A stretch of DNA of 64,000 nucleotides from Paraspadella gotoi (taxonomy: Eukaryota > Animalia > Chaetognatha): NCBI GenBank assembly GCA_051294375.1, contig CM119268.1, forward strand, positions 6,081,525-6,145,524, written 5' to 3'. The notes beneath the pieces were generated by a model. That model saw nothing but the letters and a program-made list of their open reading frames with translations, was not told the DNA's origin and did no database searches. Of this stretch, positions 1 through 47,195 are shown piece by piece (positions within the stretch are counted from its first letter, which is position 1; every line of letters starts with the position of its first letter). The translations under genes were made by a program, and so were the position numbers.

Positions 1-381
1 GTTTGACTTTTGTTCGCTAATTCATTGGGTTTTCTTTCTAAGGCTTGGATTCCTCATTTATTACTTCTCCCCTTCTCATTTTTCAAAGTTTTTTCTTTTT
101 TCCTTCTCTGTGCCTTAACTTTTCTTTCCTTTCTCTCTCTCTCTACCTTCTTTCTCTCCTTTGTCTTTCCTTTTACTTGCTTTCTTTCATTTTTGTTCAT
201 ACCTCTTTCTACTCGCCAACATTTCCCATCTCTTCCTTTATTCCTCCCTTGCCTTTCCACTCCTTTCCCTTTCCTCCTTTCCATTTCCACTCATTTCCAT
301 TCCTCCCTTTCCCTCTCAACTCCTTTTTCTTTCCTCTCTTTCCTTTTCCTCCCTTTTCCTTTCTCTTTCCTCTCCTCCTTT

Positions 382-32808
<32,427 letters not shown>

Positions 32809-34085
32809 CGTTGTGGTTGGTGTGGTTGGTGTGGTTGCTGCGGTTTCTGTGGTTGCTGTGATTATTGTGGTTGCTGTGGTTGCATGGGTTGTTTGGTTGC
32901 TGTGATTATTGTAGTTGCTGTGGTTGCTGTGATTTCTGTGGTTGCTGTAGTTGTGATTGCTGTTGTTGCTGTGGTTGTTGTGTTTATAGTTGTTGTTTTT
33001 GCTATTAATTCCTCTGAAGTCTGAAGAAGACGTTGTTCATTTATATCTATATCTGCTTTTTGGTCTCAACATTTATCAAGCGCATTAAATTAATTTTACA
33101 TTCCTCGTACATTTGCTGTTCGACGGTTGAAGGTACAATGGAAGTTTGCAGTTCAAATTCCTGTCGATTTGATGGCATCTTTAGTTTGATCGCATCTTTA
33201 TTTTGATCGCAACTTCGTCTCTCTTATTCCCTGGATTCCATTTCATTTTCGGTTCCATCAATAAAATTTCACTTAATTGATTTCTTATCGTTGAGTCTAA
33301 TCTTTTGATTCCGCAATTTTTTTTCGTCGAATTTTTTTACTTTTGAGTTCAATTTTTTTTATTTTCGTTTTATTCCTATTTTATTTACTAACACTTTCGT
33401 CGATAGTTAGTTAAATTTAATAGTTGATTCTGTTAGACAAAAAAAACACATTTTTATGTCTTGGAAAAAATTTTTCCGTTACTTTTTTGCGTTTAAATTT
33501 GAAGAATTCTTATGAATGCCAGTTTCGTGGTCGTCGTCCTCGCAGAGAGAGAGAGAAGTGTTTAAACAACTAACAGTTTTTTTTTTCTTCTCAGATTAAA
33601 AACTTAAGTAAAGGATTTAGCTTTTGAATTCCTCATGCAAAAAAAATGTTTTTCTTCAAAACATCAACTAGAATTTTGAACGAATTTTTAAATTATTTAA
33701 AAAATGAAAAAGTGAATATTGAATTAAAATTAAGGACCAACTGAACAACTATTCCCCCCAGCGCTCCCAGATGAAGCCCTGGGCAAAGAAAAGTCCATTG
33801 TGAGGTGAGGAAGCGTGGCTGAGGTAAGGCCTAAGGCCGGCAGAGAAAACCCTTAAGAGAGGCCTCATCTAATCTAAGGCTTCGTCTCACATTAGAGCCT
33901 TTTTGAGCCCAAATGGCTCGGGTCGGGGCCGTTTTCGGCCTCAACTTCATCAACAGCTGTTGTTTACTCTCTCGCTTCTCTCTCTCTCTCTCTCTCTCCG
34001 TCTCTCTCTCTCTCTCTCTCTCTCCTCCTTCTCTCTCTTCTCTCTTCTCTCTTTGGGTTCTTTTTTTTTTAATTCAAGGTTCTTA

Positions 34086-34124
<39 letters not shown>

Positions 34125-34344
34125 CGGCAGTTCATTTAGAGACAAAAAATATTCAAAAGCCTTTCTTCTTCGCCGCAAAACGAGAAACCGGAAAAAGATA
34201 GAAAAAAATTGAAATGAAAAAGAAAGATAGTAATAAAGATATAAAGAAAGAAAGAAAAAAGAAAGAGAACTCGACAGAAACAAATTGATAAAGAAAGACA
34301 GAAAAACAGAGAGAGATAAAAATAGGAAGGTAGGAAGAAAGAAA

Positions 34345-34440
<96 letters not shown>

Positions 34441-34689
34441 CAGACGGAATACAAATCCTTACCTTTCACTGAAAGTTTCAGTCATAAAAAAGAAATAAAT
34501 TTAAGGCGCGGTTCTAATCCTTTAATGGAAATTCGCTTTTCCCAAAAATCTGCCCAAGAATAATAAACACGTGAGAGTCGCGAAGCTCCCTTGCGTGCGA
34601 CGACACCTTCTGCGTGTGGATTTGCGTGCGAATCAAACGTTTGCTTTGTTACTAGTATTATAGTCTTTTTAAATAAAACATTTAAAAAA

Positions 34690-35075
34690 TAAGAATGGTC
34701 CTTCCAATGTGTTGCCCCGCAGTGACATTCTTACCACGTATATTTCCGGGTGATCACGTTACTACATAACTAGAAAATATATGTGTTACAAACGTCCTAT
34801 GGTTGATCACTTAGCTGCAAAATTTTAACAAAACATACAAATATTAGGTGAAATATGCCTAATTTACTTTGTGACCGTAGTTCTGCGTAGTAATATGACT
34901 ATACAAGTATGAAACATATATACACAACAATCGTTCATGGTTACTTTACTTGTCTACCAAGTTTTATAAAAATACCTCACTATATATAACATAAGCGGGA
35001 TAGACCGATGGACAGACAGACAGAATGACGAGCCGACTTATTCAGTTGCTCCACGAGTAATTGCGGCAAAACTAA
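34690..35075 (-). mobile_element. Possible short Helentron-associated (HINE/DINE-like) element
   Basis: Minus strand: TTGCCGCA...hairpin...CTGTCTGTCTGTCC microsatellite; the other end has TGCGGGGCAA, a TGG-AAGGA-CCA mini-hairpin and a T-run. Confidence 0.35.
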
Positions 35076-35781
35076 CAAGTATTAAAACCTTGACTAAAAA
35101 AAATACGAAATTTTTTTTTTATTTTAAAATACGAGTTTATTAACCGAGAAAAATAATTGTGAAAATTAATTTTGTTGAGCGAGTTATTTTTAGGAAGGAA
35201 CTTTTAAATTGTTTTCAAGTTCGGCATTAAAACTGTTTTTCGTAAAGCGTTGAGAAAAAAGTGTTCTTACTGTATTTGTTTCACGGTACAAGAGATGTGA
35301 CGCCAAAGAATTATGTTTAAATATGACCAAAAATCGAACCATAATTTTAAAAAGATTAAGTGGGAATAATTTTACAAAAACTTTAAAGAGTTAAAGTTAC
35401 TCTAAAAAGTTTCGTTTAAAATAATTATTTAAAACCTGAAATAATAATTTAAAAAAAAACAACATAAAATAGTCATTAAGGTAAAAATTCCGGTTTTTTA
35501 GGAATATTTTACAGCGAAACACGTTTATGACTCAATTTCTTTTTTTTTTTTCAAATTAAATCGTTTCGATAAAAAATCGCGAAAGTGAGAATTGCTGTAA
35601 AAAAGTTTAGGGCGGATTAAAAAAAAGTTTCACAATATTTTTTTTCCTTTTTTAAGTTTTTTTAAATTTAAAACGGATTCCGGAATGAAAAAGAAAAAGA
35701 AAACACTTAAACTCTTGCGTCGCGGTTTTAAGAGAGAGAGAGAGAGAGACAGGGAAGAGAGACGAGAGAGAGGCGAGAGAG

Positions 35782-35819
<38 letters not shown>

Positions 35820-35916
35820 ATTAAAGTTTTTTTTCGTGAATCTGCAGATAAAGAGTAGAAAAGCAAATCTTGAAACAACGAAAGCCGAGAGAGCTGGAAG
35901 GAGAGAGAAACAGAGA

Positions 35917-35960
<44 letters not shown>

Positions 35961-36465
35961 CAAGAGAGAGAGAAAGAGAATTGTAACCCAAACAAAGTAA
36001 CGTTGCAATTTCTGTTTTGTTTCTTCGCCGCCTTCGACAGCTCGTTGGTCGCACGAGGTTGAAATTGTGGTTAGGGTTTATCAGGGGTGAAATGAGGAAG
36101 AGGAGGAGGAGGAAGAATAGGAGGAAGAGGAGGAGGAGGAGGAAGAGAAGACAAGGTGGGGGGAGAAGGAAGAGAAAGAGGAACAAGATATAAACAAAAA
36201 AGTGCGAAGTGAGTTCGAAACAGATCAATAAAATCGGCTTTAAAAATACTAACTATAATCACTTTAAAAATTGTAAATATTTAATTTTTAATCAATGATA
36301 AAATATTTTATGAATAAAAAATACATTCATAAGAAAGTTAATAAATATTTTAAATCGCCCAACTTGCTTTTAAATAAGACGACAAAAAGGTTATTTTTTC
36401 CTAAAGTAGGAAGGTTTGCTATACCTCAGATGAGGAGGCAAAGTTATTTGGAGGATTAGTAGGAG

Positions 36466-36497
<32 letters not shown>

Positions 36498-36818
36498 GGA
36501 GGAGGATCAGTCGGGGGCGATGGCTTCTCGAACGAAGCTCTTGTCTTCATTCACCTTTTTCTTTTCTTTTCTTTTCTTTTCTTTTCTTTTCTTTTCTTTT
36601 CTTTTCTTTTCTTTTCTTTTCTTTTCTTTTCTTTTCTTTTCTTTTATTTTTAAAAATAACTTTAAGAAATTTAACTATTTTTTTATTTTTATTCGAAAAA
36701 TATAGTATTTAAAAATAATGAGGCCATACTAACTATCTTAACAGTCAAATGCTATATACTAAAAACAATATTGTAACTAATACTGTCATAGATTATATAG
36801 TGACGTTTTCAGAGTTAA

Positions 36819-36951
<133 letters not shown>

Positions 36952-37474
36952 GGGGCTCGACTGTAAGGGGCAATTTTTATGTTTTTTACGACGTCTAAAA
37001 AGCCGCCGAAATCACTTTCTATACACCTTTACTTCTTTTTTCTTTCTTATTTTTTTATATTAAATAAAATCATTTTCTTGTTTTTCGGTTTTGTTTTATG
37101 CTCAAAAAAAGTAAATGTAAAAGGGGGCAATTTTGGGTAGAAATTAATACACAATTTTTTAATTAAATATTGAATATTTTTAAACATTTTATATATTTTT
37201 AATTATTTTATATTATATATAAATATAAACAGTATCAAGAAAAGATGATTATAAATCATGAGTCTTAAAAGTACGTAGACAATATTTACTTTTTTCGTTA
37301 ACAACTACTGTTTTACAAGTTTGAGATTAATTTTCATTTAAACAAATTCACTTTGAATTATACTTGTAATACTTCTCGTGCTTGTGATGACGTTTAAAGA
37401 ACCATACATAATTGTATTGCAGAAATTATTTCGCATCTTTTATAAAATTAAAGTAGTTTATCAAAGGTGACATT

Positions 37475-37554
<80 letters not shown>

Positions 37555-39375
37555 CTTCCTATCCCTCCAAATATACATAAAACTGCTGATTCGACCCAAA
37601 TCGTCCTAATTATGATCCCTTGACCCAAATGATTTTGTCTGTGACCCCATTGACCTTCGATCACAGTGATGTTGACCCACAATGACCCAGAGGATTTGCT
37701 CGAGTTGTTGAAGGACGTTTTGATTGGTTAAAGTCATTGGAGAAATTGACTGATTGATTGAGATCGATCGATAATGATTGATTTTCATTATTTTCTTGAT
37801 TTACTGAATAAAGAACGGTGTTTCAGGAAGAAAGCGAAAGCCAATGATTTATTTTTAATTCATCTAAAATCTAATTTGCATATTGCAGTATTGCAGTAAA
37901 GAAAGACACATTTTGTACACGAGGCACAATACCGAAAAAGTCAGGATTTTTAAACTTTCACCGAAATGCCTTTTTAACATTTTAATTTACATAGATAAAT
38001 ATTGTTTATAAAAAAGTTGAATAAAATGCGTAATTTGGCATTGGCTTAGATTTCTCCCAACGGAAATTCTTTAGCTCTGGCTTCTCTTCAACGCGTATAA
38101 ATTTTTCGCCTTTTCGTTTTACTAAAGATTTCCGTGGATAGGGGAGCGCTAAATGGGTCTTTTAATCATTATTTATTTCAGCTCGAATGCCTTTCTGGAA
38201 CTTAACATTAAACCCAACTTCAATTAATGGTTTGTTTTGGGAGTTACGTTTGATACGAAGATTTTTGTTCTTATAAAATGTAATACAGTTGTTAATCGTG
38301 TTTTATGAGGGATGTATTAAATAAAAGTTTTACTTTGCGAAATTAAATGAGTGAAATTTGGTCAAAAATTTGACAAAATGGAACAAAACGATATGAAAAG
38401 AAAAGAGAAAAGAAACACAGAGAGAGAGAGTGAGAGAGAGAGAGAGAGAAAATATTTTTATTCATTCCATCTCTCTTTTCCATTTTTCCGTCGGAAAATC
38501 TAAAAAAAAAAACTTGTGGGACTTTTAACCCGAAGTCACAAAATGAAAATATTTATCATTTTAATAAATAATGTTAGAATAATAAAATATCCGTGTTGCT
38601 GACTTAACAACTTTGCTCTCCCCTTCAATTTCCCATTTGTTTCTATTTCGTTTTATTTTTTTTTCTTTTCGTTTTTTCATCGTTTGAATTTCGTATTTTT
38701 TTAATTATATTTCTATTTTATGATGAAAAAAATTATACTATATTGGAATAAGTTTGCTACACGATGGTTAACTTTTTATTTGTACAAGGAAGACCGTCGA
38801 ACGGCTGAGTTGATCCTAGTTTTATTTTTCGTTTTTTTTACATCTCTCNNNNNNNNNNNNNNNNNNNNNNNNNAGTGACCCATACCCCAGTTAGTCGGTT
38901 TTGGACATCCTTGCTTTACTCTGAATGACGAGAAGAGAGAGAAAGAGACGAGAGAGCAGAGGTGGAGGAAGAAGGAAGAGAAAGAGGAAGACGAGGAGAA
39001 GAGAAAGAGGGATGAGAACTCCAGAAGGGAAAATAGGAAAAAGAGAAGGAAAGTGAAGTCATCAAAAAATCTTTACGCCGTGCGTCAGAAAAAATACAGG
39101 AAACTGTGGCTCTGTCCTCTCTCTGTCTCTCTCTCTCTCTCTTCTGTTCTCTCTCTCTCTCTCTCTCTCTCTCTTCTTCTTCTCTCTTCTCTCTCTCTCT
39201 CCCACCCCAAAAACATGAACTGTTTCCTTTTATTTCTTTTGTTTATCGACGAAAAAATTTTGCCGAAAACATGTTCCGTCTCTAAATGTTCAGATGATGA
39301 AGAGAAGAGAGAGAGATAAAGATGAAGAGCAGGGAGATGGAGACGAGAGGAGAGAGAGAGAGAGAGACCCTCTCC

Positions 39376-39406
<31 letters not shown>

Positions 39407-39859
39407 ATTCAGAACAAAAGGATGTCCAAAAACCCTACTGCGTCTGTCACTCAAAACTTCACCAAATTTTTTTTTACTGATTTTCGCTTTAAAAAAAACC
39501 CGGAAATTCACGGAGAGAAATTTAAAAATAAAAAAACCTTATTTGAGATTTATAGATTTATATTTGAGATTTATTACGCAGAGAAAAACTATTTTTTTCC
39601 CTTGAATTTTTTATTTTTTTTATTCTCAGCAAACTTCATTTATATTTTTTCTTGATTTATTATTTTTCTTTCTTTTCCTCTAATTTATATTCGTTTCGTT
39701 TCCCCACCTCTGAACGCCTCCCCCCCACGCCCCCCTTTCCTTTCGCTTTGCAAGTCCGAGCTCTCTTTTCCAAGAGTGTCCCATTTCTGTTCGTTTATCC
39801 TAGAATTTAATTTTCAATTTAATATTTAACCTAAATATATTTTAAAAGCTATAAACCAA

Positions 39860-40135
39860 TCCTTAATCCCTATCCCCAAACCTTAACCTTAACCCTAACA
39901 CTTAGCCCAACTTCTTACCCTTACCTCTAACCCTAAACCTTTCTTCCTAACCCAAAACCTTAACCCTCATAACTAACCAAGTCCCTAACCCTAACCTGAG
40001 ACCTGACTTAATCTTTAACCCTAATCACTAACCAAATCCCTAACGCTAACCTGATACCTAATTTAATCTTTAACCCTAATCATTAACCAAGTCCCTAACC
40101 CTAACCTGATACCTAACTTAATTCTTAAACCTAAT
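39860..40135. repeat. Degenerate CCCTAA (TTAGGG)-like repeats with an about 53-bp higher-order unit
   Basis: CCCTAACCCTAACC, TTAACCCTAA and variants. Confidence 0.6.
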
Positions 40136-40881
40136 TAATCACCCCAAAAAATTGATATAATTCCAAATTAATGCTGAAAAGGGGCGTTTTGAAAAAATAA
40201 GGCTCAAACCACGAATTAAATTCTAACTCACGAATTGGAATATTTTTAATATCGTTCGCATCGCGGGACGGAAGGTGATCGCATTGAGATGCAATCAGGT
40301 TGTTGGTTTTTTTAATTCGTTTTTGAATGAGGAAAAGATTTAAAGGAAAAGATTTACAATGGAATTAGGAAAAATGAAAAGATTTGAAGGAAAAGATTTA
40401 CAATAGAATTAGGAAAAATGAAAAGATTTGAAGGAAAATAATATGATTTAAAATAAAAATACGATAAAGAAGATTTAGATTTACAAAAAAAAACGTAGAA
40501 AAAAGAAAAATGTTAAAGATATATATACTATTGACTAAGAACGAAAAAGAATAATTGAAATAGATTTAAGTGGANNNNNNNNNNAGATTTACAATAGAAT
40601 GAGGAAAAATGAAAAGATCTGAAGAAAAAAATATGATTTAAAATAAAAATACGATAAAGAAGATTTAGATTTACAAAAAAAAACATAGAAAAAAAGAAAA
40701 ATGTTAAAGATATATATACTATTGACTAGGAACGAAAAAGAATAATTGAAATAGATTTAAGAGGAAATAGAAGATTTAAAATTGATTGAGGAGAAAGAAG
40801 ATTTAGTAAAATAGATTTAGGAAGATTTACTTTGGGAAATCGAGACACTTTTATCGTTTACGTTGCAATAACAATATTTCC

Positions 40882-40917
<36 letters not shown>

Positions 40918-42276
40918 NNNNNNNNNNNNNNNNNNNNNNNNNNNNNNNNNNNNNNNNNNNNNNNNNNNNNNNNNNNNNNNNNNNNNNNNNNNNNNNNNNN
41001 NNNNNNNNNNNNNNNNNNNNNNNNNNNNNNNNNNNNNNNNNNNNNNNNNNNNNNNNNNNNNNNNNNNNNNNNNNNNNNNNNNNNNNNNCAGAGAGAGAGA
41101 GAGAGAGAGAGAGTGAAAAAAAACAAAAACAAAAGGGAAAAGATTCGAGTCGTAAAAATGGACGAGACGACGACGACGATGACGAGGACAATGACGACGA
41201 CGACGACGNNNNNNNNNNNNNNNNNNNNNNNNNNNNNNNNNNNNNNNNNNNNNNNNNNNNNNNNNNNNNNNNNNNNNNNNNNNNNNNNNNNNNNNNNNNN
41301 NNNNNNNNNNNNNNNNNNNNNNNNNNNNNNNNNNNNNNNNNNNNNNNNNNNNNNNNNNNNNNNNNNNNNNNNNNNNNNNNNNNNNNNNNNNNNNNNNNNN
41401 NNNNNNNNNNNNNNNNNNNNNNNNNNNNNNNNNNNNNNNNNNNNNNNNNNNNNNNNNNNNNNNNNNNNNNNNNNNNNGAAGATGATGACGACGATGATGA
41501 TGCCGATAGCGATGATGACGACGACTCAAAAACGCGAAAACAAAAGACGAAAATCGATCTAGAAAATTAAAACAAGAAACAATAACGAAANNNNNNNNNN
41601 NNNNNNNNNNNNNNNNNNNNNNNNNNNNNNNNNNNNNNNNNNNNNNNNNNNNNNNNNNNNNNNNNNNNNNNNNNNNNNNNNNNNNNNNNNNNNNNNNNNN
41701 NNNNNNNNNNNNNNNNNNNNNNNNNNNNNNNNNNNNNNNNNNNCTCTCTCGTCTCTCTCGTCTCTCGGTCTCTCTCAGTTGGCCGTCCCTTTTCAGCGTT
41801 CAACAAATGAATCGTCCCGTGAAGTGAACAATTTATGAATGAATCACAGCGACGCGGAGAGAAGAAAGAAGAGGAGGAGGAGGAAGAGGAAAGGAGGAAA
41901 GAAAAAATTTAAAAAAGAAAAGAAAAGAAAAGAAAAGAAAAGAAAAGAAAAGAAAAGAAAAAATTAAAAAAGAAAAGAAGATAAAAAAATAAAAAAAGAA
42001 AAGAAAAGAGAGAAAAGAAAAGAAATTAAAATAAGAAAGAAAAGAAAAGATAAGAAAAGGAAAGGGAAGGAAAAGGAAAAAATTTAAAAAAGATAAAAAA
42101 AAAAGAAAAAAAAGAAAAGGGAAAAAAATTTAAAAAGAAAGGAAGAGAAAAGTAAGAAAAGAAAAAGAAAAAAAGAAAAGAAAAGTGAAAAAAAGAAAGA
42201 AAAAAGAAAAAGAGAGGAGGAAGGAAGAAGCTTCATTGCGGTGATTTTCGCCGCAGGAAGAATCAATGACTCACGA

Positions 42277-42317
<41 letters not shown>

Positions 42318-44134
42318 TTCGCATTATTTCGGTCGGAAAAGATTAGGGAGCAAAGATGCGGATTCTCAATGACGTGGTCGCCTTTTATGGTTTCACGAGA
42401 AAAAAAAGGAACGCGAGCACATGACCGGACTATGCACACAACTCACAACCCACACACATAACCAAACACACACCGTCTGACAATTCATCTGGCGTCGACT
42501 CTCGTTGCGTGCGCCTCCAAGCATTCGCGCGCCGTATTTTCTTCGCGCGCGTCGTTTTACTCTTCTCTACCTTCATCTATTTTTTTTAGTTCAGCTGCGA
42601 TTAAACTAGAAACTTGATACGCCCGCAATGACTCTCTGCGTCGCAGTTTCTCACTTCTTGCTCCGATTCACACGTTGCCGCTGCTTTTAGACATCATTTT
42701 TCATCTATTGTTCAAACGCATTTTTCTTTTCGTTTTCATTTTTCGTTCACGTATTAAATGTTCGCGTGTTAATAACCCTTTCGTTTTGAAACAATTTCAT
42801 CTTTTCATATGTACATAAATTTTAAAAATTTGCGCTCGCTTTTCTTCAGTTAAATTTTAAATAATTAGTTTTTGTATCTACTAATAACTTCATTTGTTCA
42901 TTTTAACACCACACCAACAACGCGAATTAATGTTCTTTTAAAAAAAAAAATCAAACACAGACCCCTCTAGCCACCGCTCGAGTATCTTGCCATGGATGTC
43001 CCCTTCCCCCAAAAATCTAAAAATTTCGAACAACTATTTCTCAACCGGAATGAAGTTTGAAAAAACTATTCTCCGTCTTCCTCCTCCCTCCTCCACTCCT
43101 CTCACAACACTCATCACATTTTTTTTCATTATACTCGAACATCGTTGTGAACCACAAATTTGCTTCACGTGAAACCGTCTTCTCCGTACATCCCGCACAA
43201 CTGTCGTTCTGTCACACCCCGCAAATCCCGACTTCCCCCTCCTACCGCTCTCTGTGGCCTAGCATTCAACTCGCGCTCGCTGCGTAGCGATGCCCGCCAT
43301 CATGCCGTAGACTGCGTCGTGCAGCGAAACAAAGGTACGTCTCTCTGCTGTCGCACGCTATTCACCACTATTCGCCGCTTAACTTCCCTCTCTCACTCAC
43401 CACTTCCCCGAAAAATCATCACTGAAAATTGCACATTTTTCTCTCGGCCCTCATCCCTCTTAAAAATTATAGGCTTTTTTATTAAGGTTTTATAATATAT
43501 ATTGTAATCTAAATTAATATGTTAAACTCATGGCAAAAACCCTTAGCCCAGAAATGTGTGTCGCGTTATATATCCGCAATTGTCAATCCGTCCACATACA
43601 CAAAGGCTACACTTTTCTCTTTCTCATTGACATTGCCAATCACCCCTCTGCGCCGTCTCCCCAAGACCGCAAAACCCTCTCACACTGAACCCGTGCTAGA
43701 ATAATGATCCTTCTCTCACTCATCGTACCCTCTAACTCGTGCAAGATGTCATGCGCTACTGACCCAATACCAAAACCTTCCCACATCAGCCTTCTCATCC
43801 TTCCTAACTATGACCCTCGCCTCTACGCGGATTTGGGCATTATAATCCACATATATGCACAGTCCCCCGTCGCTAACTCTGGGAACTAAGCCACAGCTCC
43901 ACAAAAAGACGAGACGAACTGCATCCAGTACTTAATATATATATATCGATGTTAAGTCATGGCAAAAATTTCGAAGGAGACGGTGAGTTAGTTGTTTAGT
44001 TTTACTAAATGTATAAATTGTACCAACATTGTCACCAAACAAATCAACACTTTCGGAAACCCCCACTCATCCGCCTTGCCTCGCTTCTATCAATAAATAC
44101 TTCGGGTTCATCTTCACAACCAAGCACTAAAACT

Positions 44135-44370
44135 CTATTGACCAAAGCCAAAGCCTACTCTACAGACTATTTTATTTAAGCCAAAGCAAAAGCCTAGACT
44201 AAAATCATTTATTGAGCCAAAGCCAACGCTAGACTAAGATCATTCATTTGAGCCAAAGCCAAAGCCCTAGACTAAGAATCACTTTATTGCAGCCAAAGCC
44301 AAAGCCAAGACTAAGATCATCTCATTGACCAACAGCCAAACCAAAAACTAAAGCCAAAACTAAGATCATA
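44135..44370. repeat. About 38-bp minisatellite (AGCCAAAGCCAAAGCCTAGACTAAGATCATTCATTG-like) x6
   Basis: Visible tandem copies. Confidence 0.8.
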
Positions 44371-46099
44371 CATTGCAACCCGGACCCATCTTCTTTAAAT
44401 TGTTCTGAATCCTTCGACAAATCTTTTCAAACCAACTTAACCAATTTTCTCAAAAAAACAATTTTAACAATATTGCTTAAAAAAAATCATTAATACATAC
44501 TTTTAAAAATAACTCTCACCCGTCTCACCACCTTCTCAGTCAAAAGCACAACCTGAAGTCTTACGGACGAGAACTTCTATACTTTCCGACCAGGCAATTT
44601 CTATCCTCAGACTGAAGCCCGCAAAATGGACAGTAAGAGGCAGTCCGGATCGACGCAGCGCCAGTCGGAAAGATTGACAACGGAAATGCGGGGAATAAAA
44701 AAAAAAGCAAAAAGAACATCGCCCTATGTTTTTTTTAGTTTTTTTGCAGGCAGTTTAATTTTGAAAATGCAAAGAAATTCAGCAAAGTGAATCGGCGTTG
44801 CGAGGTACCTACCCCAACCCAATCATCAGTATGATAAAAAAACCCATCACATCGACGGACGTACCGAATCGAAATCAATCATCAATTCTTCTTCATGCTT
44901 CCTACGTCAACTCCGTACCAGAACTTCGAAGCCCCGTCTTTTTCCTCGAAAAAGGCCCTCGACCCCGATTTGGCCTCTACACGGAGTCACGAAGCAACTT
45001 CAAGAACGTCGACTCCATTCACAAAAATGACTTGGTTCAGTGAGGAGTTGTTTATAATATAAATTATTATTATATATTTTATTACATATTATTAATATTA
45101 TTATGTTGTTGTTGTGTTTTGATGTTGTTGTTCGTTGTTTTGTTATTGTTGTTGTTGACGTAAGAAGACGACAATGAATAAATCGATAAGATAGTTGAAA
45201 AAAACCGGTCTATTTTCCGAATGCGCACCCGTTTCCTGTTCAAATCCCAGAATTAAATTTATTTTTAATTTAAATTTAATTTTAATTTTAATCTTTAACT
45301 CAATATTTAAACTAATCCCTAACCTCATCCTCAAAACTCATACACTAATTATTAATCCACCCTAAACAAAAATTTCTCAACAAACCCCTAACCTAATTGA
45401 ATCCGGTTCTCTAATCAATCTAATCTCCAAATACTTTTTAAGCTACATGAAAATTAACACTCCTCCATCTAATCTAAGAAAAACAAAAACTTAATCTACA
45501 CAGCTGTTGTTTTAAACCTCTTTTTACAAACCAAACTATAAATAAAGCAAGCATCATAATTTACGTATTAACGTTTTTTATAATTATAATTTGTAATTCG
45601 ATCTTCTTTTGTTGTTTATAAGTTAAGAGTTAACGAAAAATGTTGACAAACGAAATTTTCTTACACTCCTTAATATTTAATAATTATAAGCACGAAATAT
45701 CTAGCAATAAACAGTATAACTCTTTCCTGTTCACATTAAGAACGACCTATTAAAAACTAAGAATGCGCCCAATACGGAACTAATAAAGATAGCAAATTAA
45801 ATAAATCATAATGTAAAAGTGTTCTATATCTTAGATTTGAGAAAAATTATCCGTAAAAGTTTTTTAAATCGAAAGTGTGATTCAAACCAAGTTGATATTT
45901 ATTTCATAAAAAAAATGAATTTAAATGATCGGAATGAACTTCGCAACAGAAGGCCTTCGTTTTTTGGGGGGCTCCAATTTCATGTCATAGAGAAAGAAAT
46001 TTGATCTTAATTCGTTTCATTAATATTTAAAAGAAATCTTAAATTCTCATCAAAAGGCTTAGTATATAAATTGGAGGAATGTAAAGGATTATAACAACC

Positions 46100-47000
46100 A
46101 TTTAATCGAAAGTTATTCTTTTCTTTATAAACATGGTCAGAAATAAAAATGTCCAGACGAAAAAGAGGCTAAAAAAAGAAGGACGGTAAAAAACAGATAT
46201 GAATAATGTATTTCTGATACCCTTAAGTAACAGATAATTTGATTGAATGATGATCATCGATATAAAGCCATAGAAAGAAGACAAAATTTCATGAAGCGAA
46301 GATTTTTTCACGGGCTGTAATAAGACTCTTTTTCATAAGATAAACGCTTAATGGTGAGAATACAAGATGATACAACCCTAAGAACTCCTAACATTTTTTT
46401 TATCTTCTGGATGGACAAAGATCTAAAGCGCGCTTCAATAGAATTCGCTTCAAGCGCCATCAGAGAAATGAAATAAGCGGATGACTCAAAAGTGGTAACT
46501 TGCAAATGCAGTTAAGAGCTCTAACAAGCTATTTGGGAGGAGTTGTGTTCATGAAAAAGTGTATCTAGACTTGATAGATTTTAAACATTTTTCCACGCAT
46601 TGTAAAAGCCCGAATCTTGAGTAATAATAGCGTGACTTACGGTAGCATGTATGTTGTAACCGATTACTANNNNNNNNNNNNNNNNNNNNNNNNNTATCAA
46701 CAGAGGTCCCAGCGCACCGAGTATAAAGTTAAACGCGTTTGCAAATTGTTTTCTTTCGAAATAACTCCCAGTGACGTAAGATATTCCAAGTACAAGATCG
46801 AACATCAACATGATCAAAACAGTTTTATGATCTGGTTTAAGAAGTTTGTAATTACCAAGCAGGTATCTGTCCCCACTATTGAAAAGATCTGATGGGGTCT
46901 GGAGTTTAAACTCATCACAAGAGTTAATTAAGGAGGTCGGCATTAATTCCACCCACCTGGCATTGTCCACGAATCCGCCCGTGTCAAAACATTTCCGAGT
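46100..47000 (-). pseudogene. Fragmented multi-pass membrane protein ORF, possibly XK-related
   Basis: VLIMLMFDLVLGISYVTGSYFERKQFANAFNFILGALGPLLI loosely resembles XK TM1-TM2; later hydrophobic segments; stops and an N gap. The family call is by eye only. Confidence 0.3.
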
Positions 47001-47195
47001 CCCCGAAAAGTCCTCGTCTACGGGGTCCGGGAATCAAAACTTATAATTCTATTTAAATGGCAAGAGATTTTTAAATCTTTTGTAAAAATTATCGTAAAAG
47101 AGCTCAAATGAAAGCTTCGTGTTTATTTTATCATTGACTCAAATATTACTAACTGAAATAAATCAGTTCACAGTGAGCCAGAAGAAATAAGGTGT

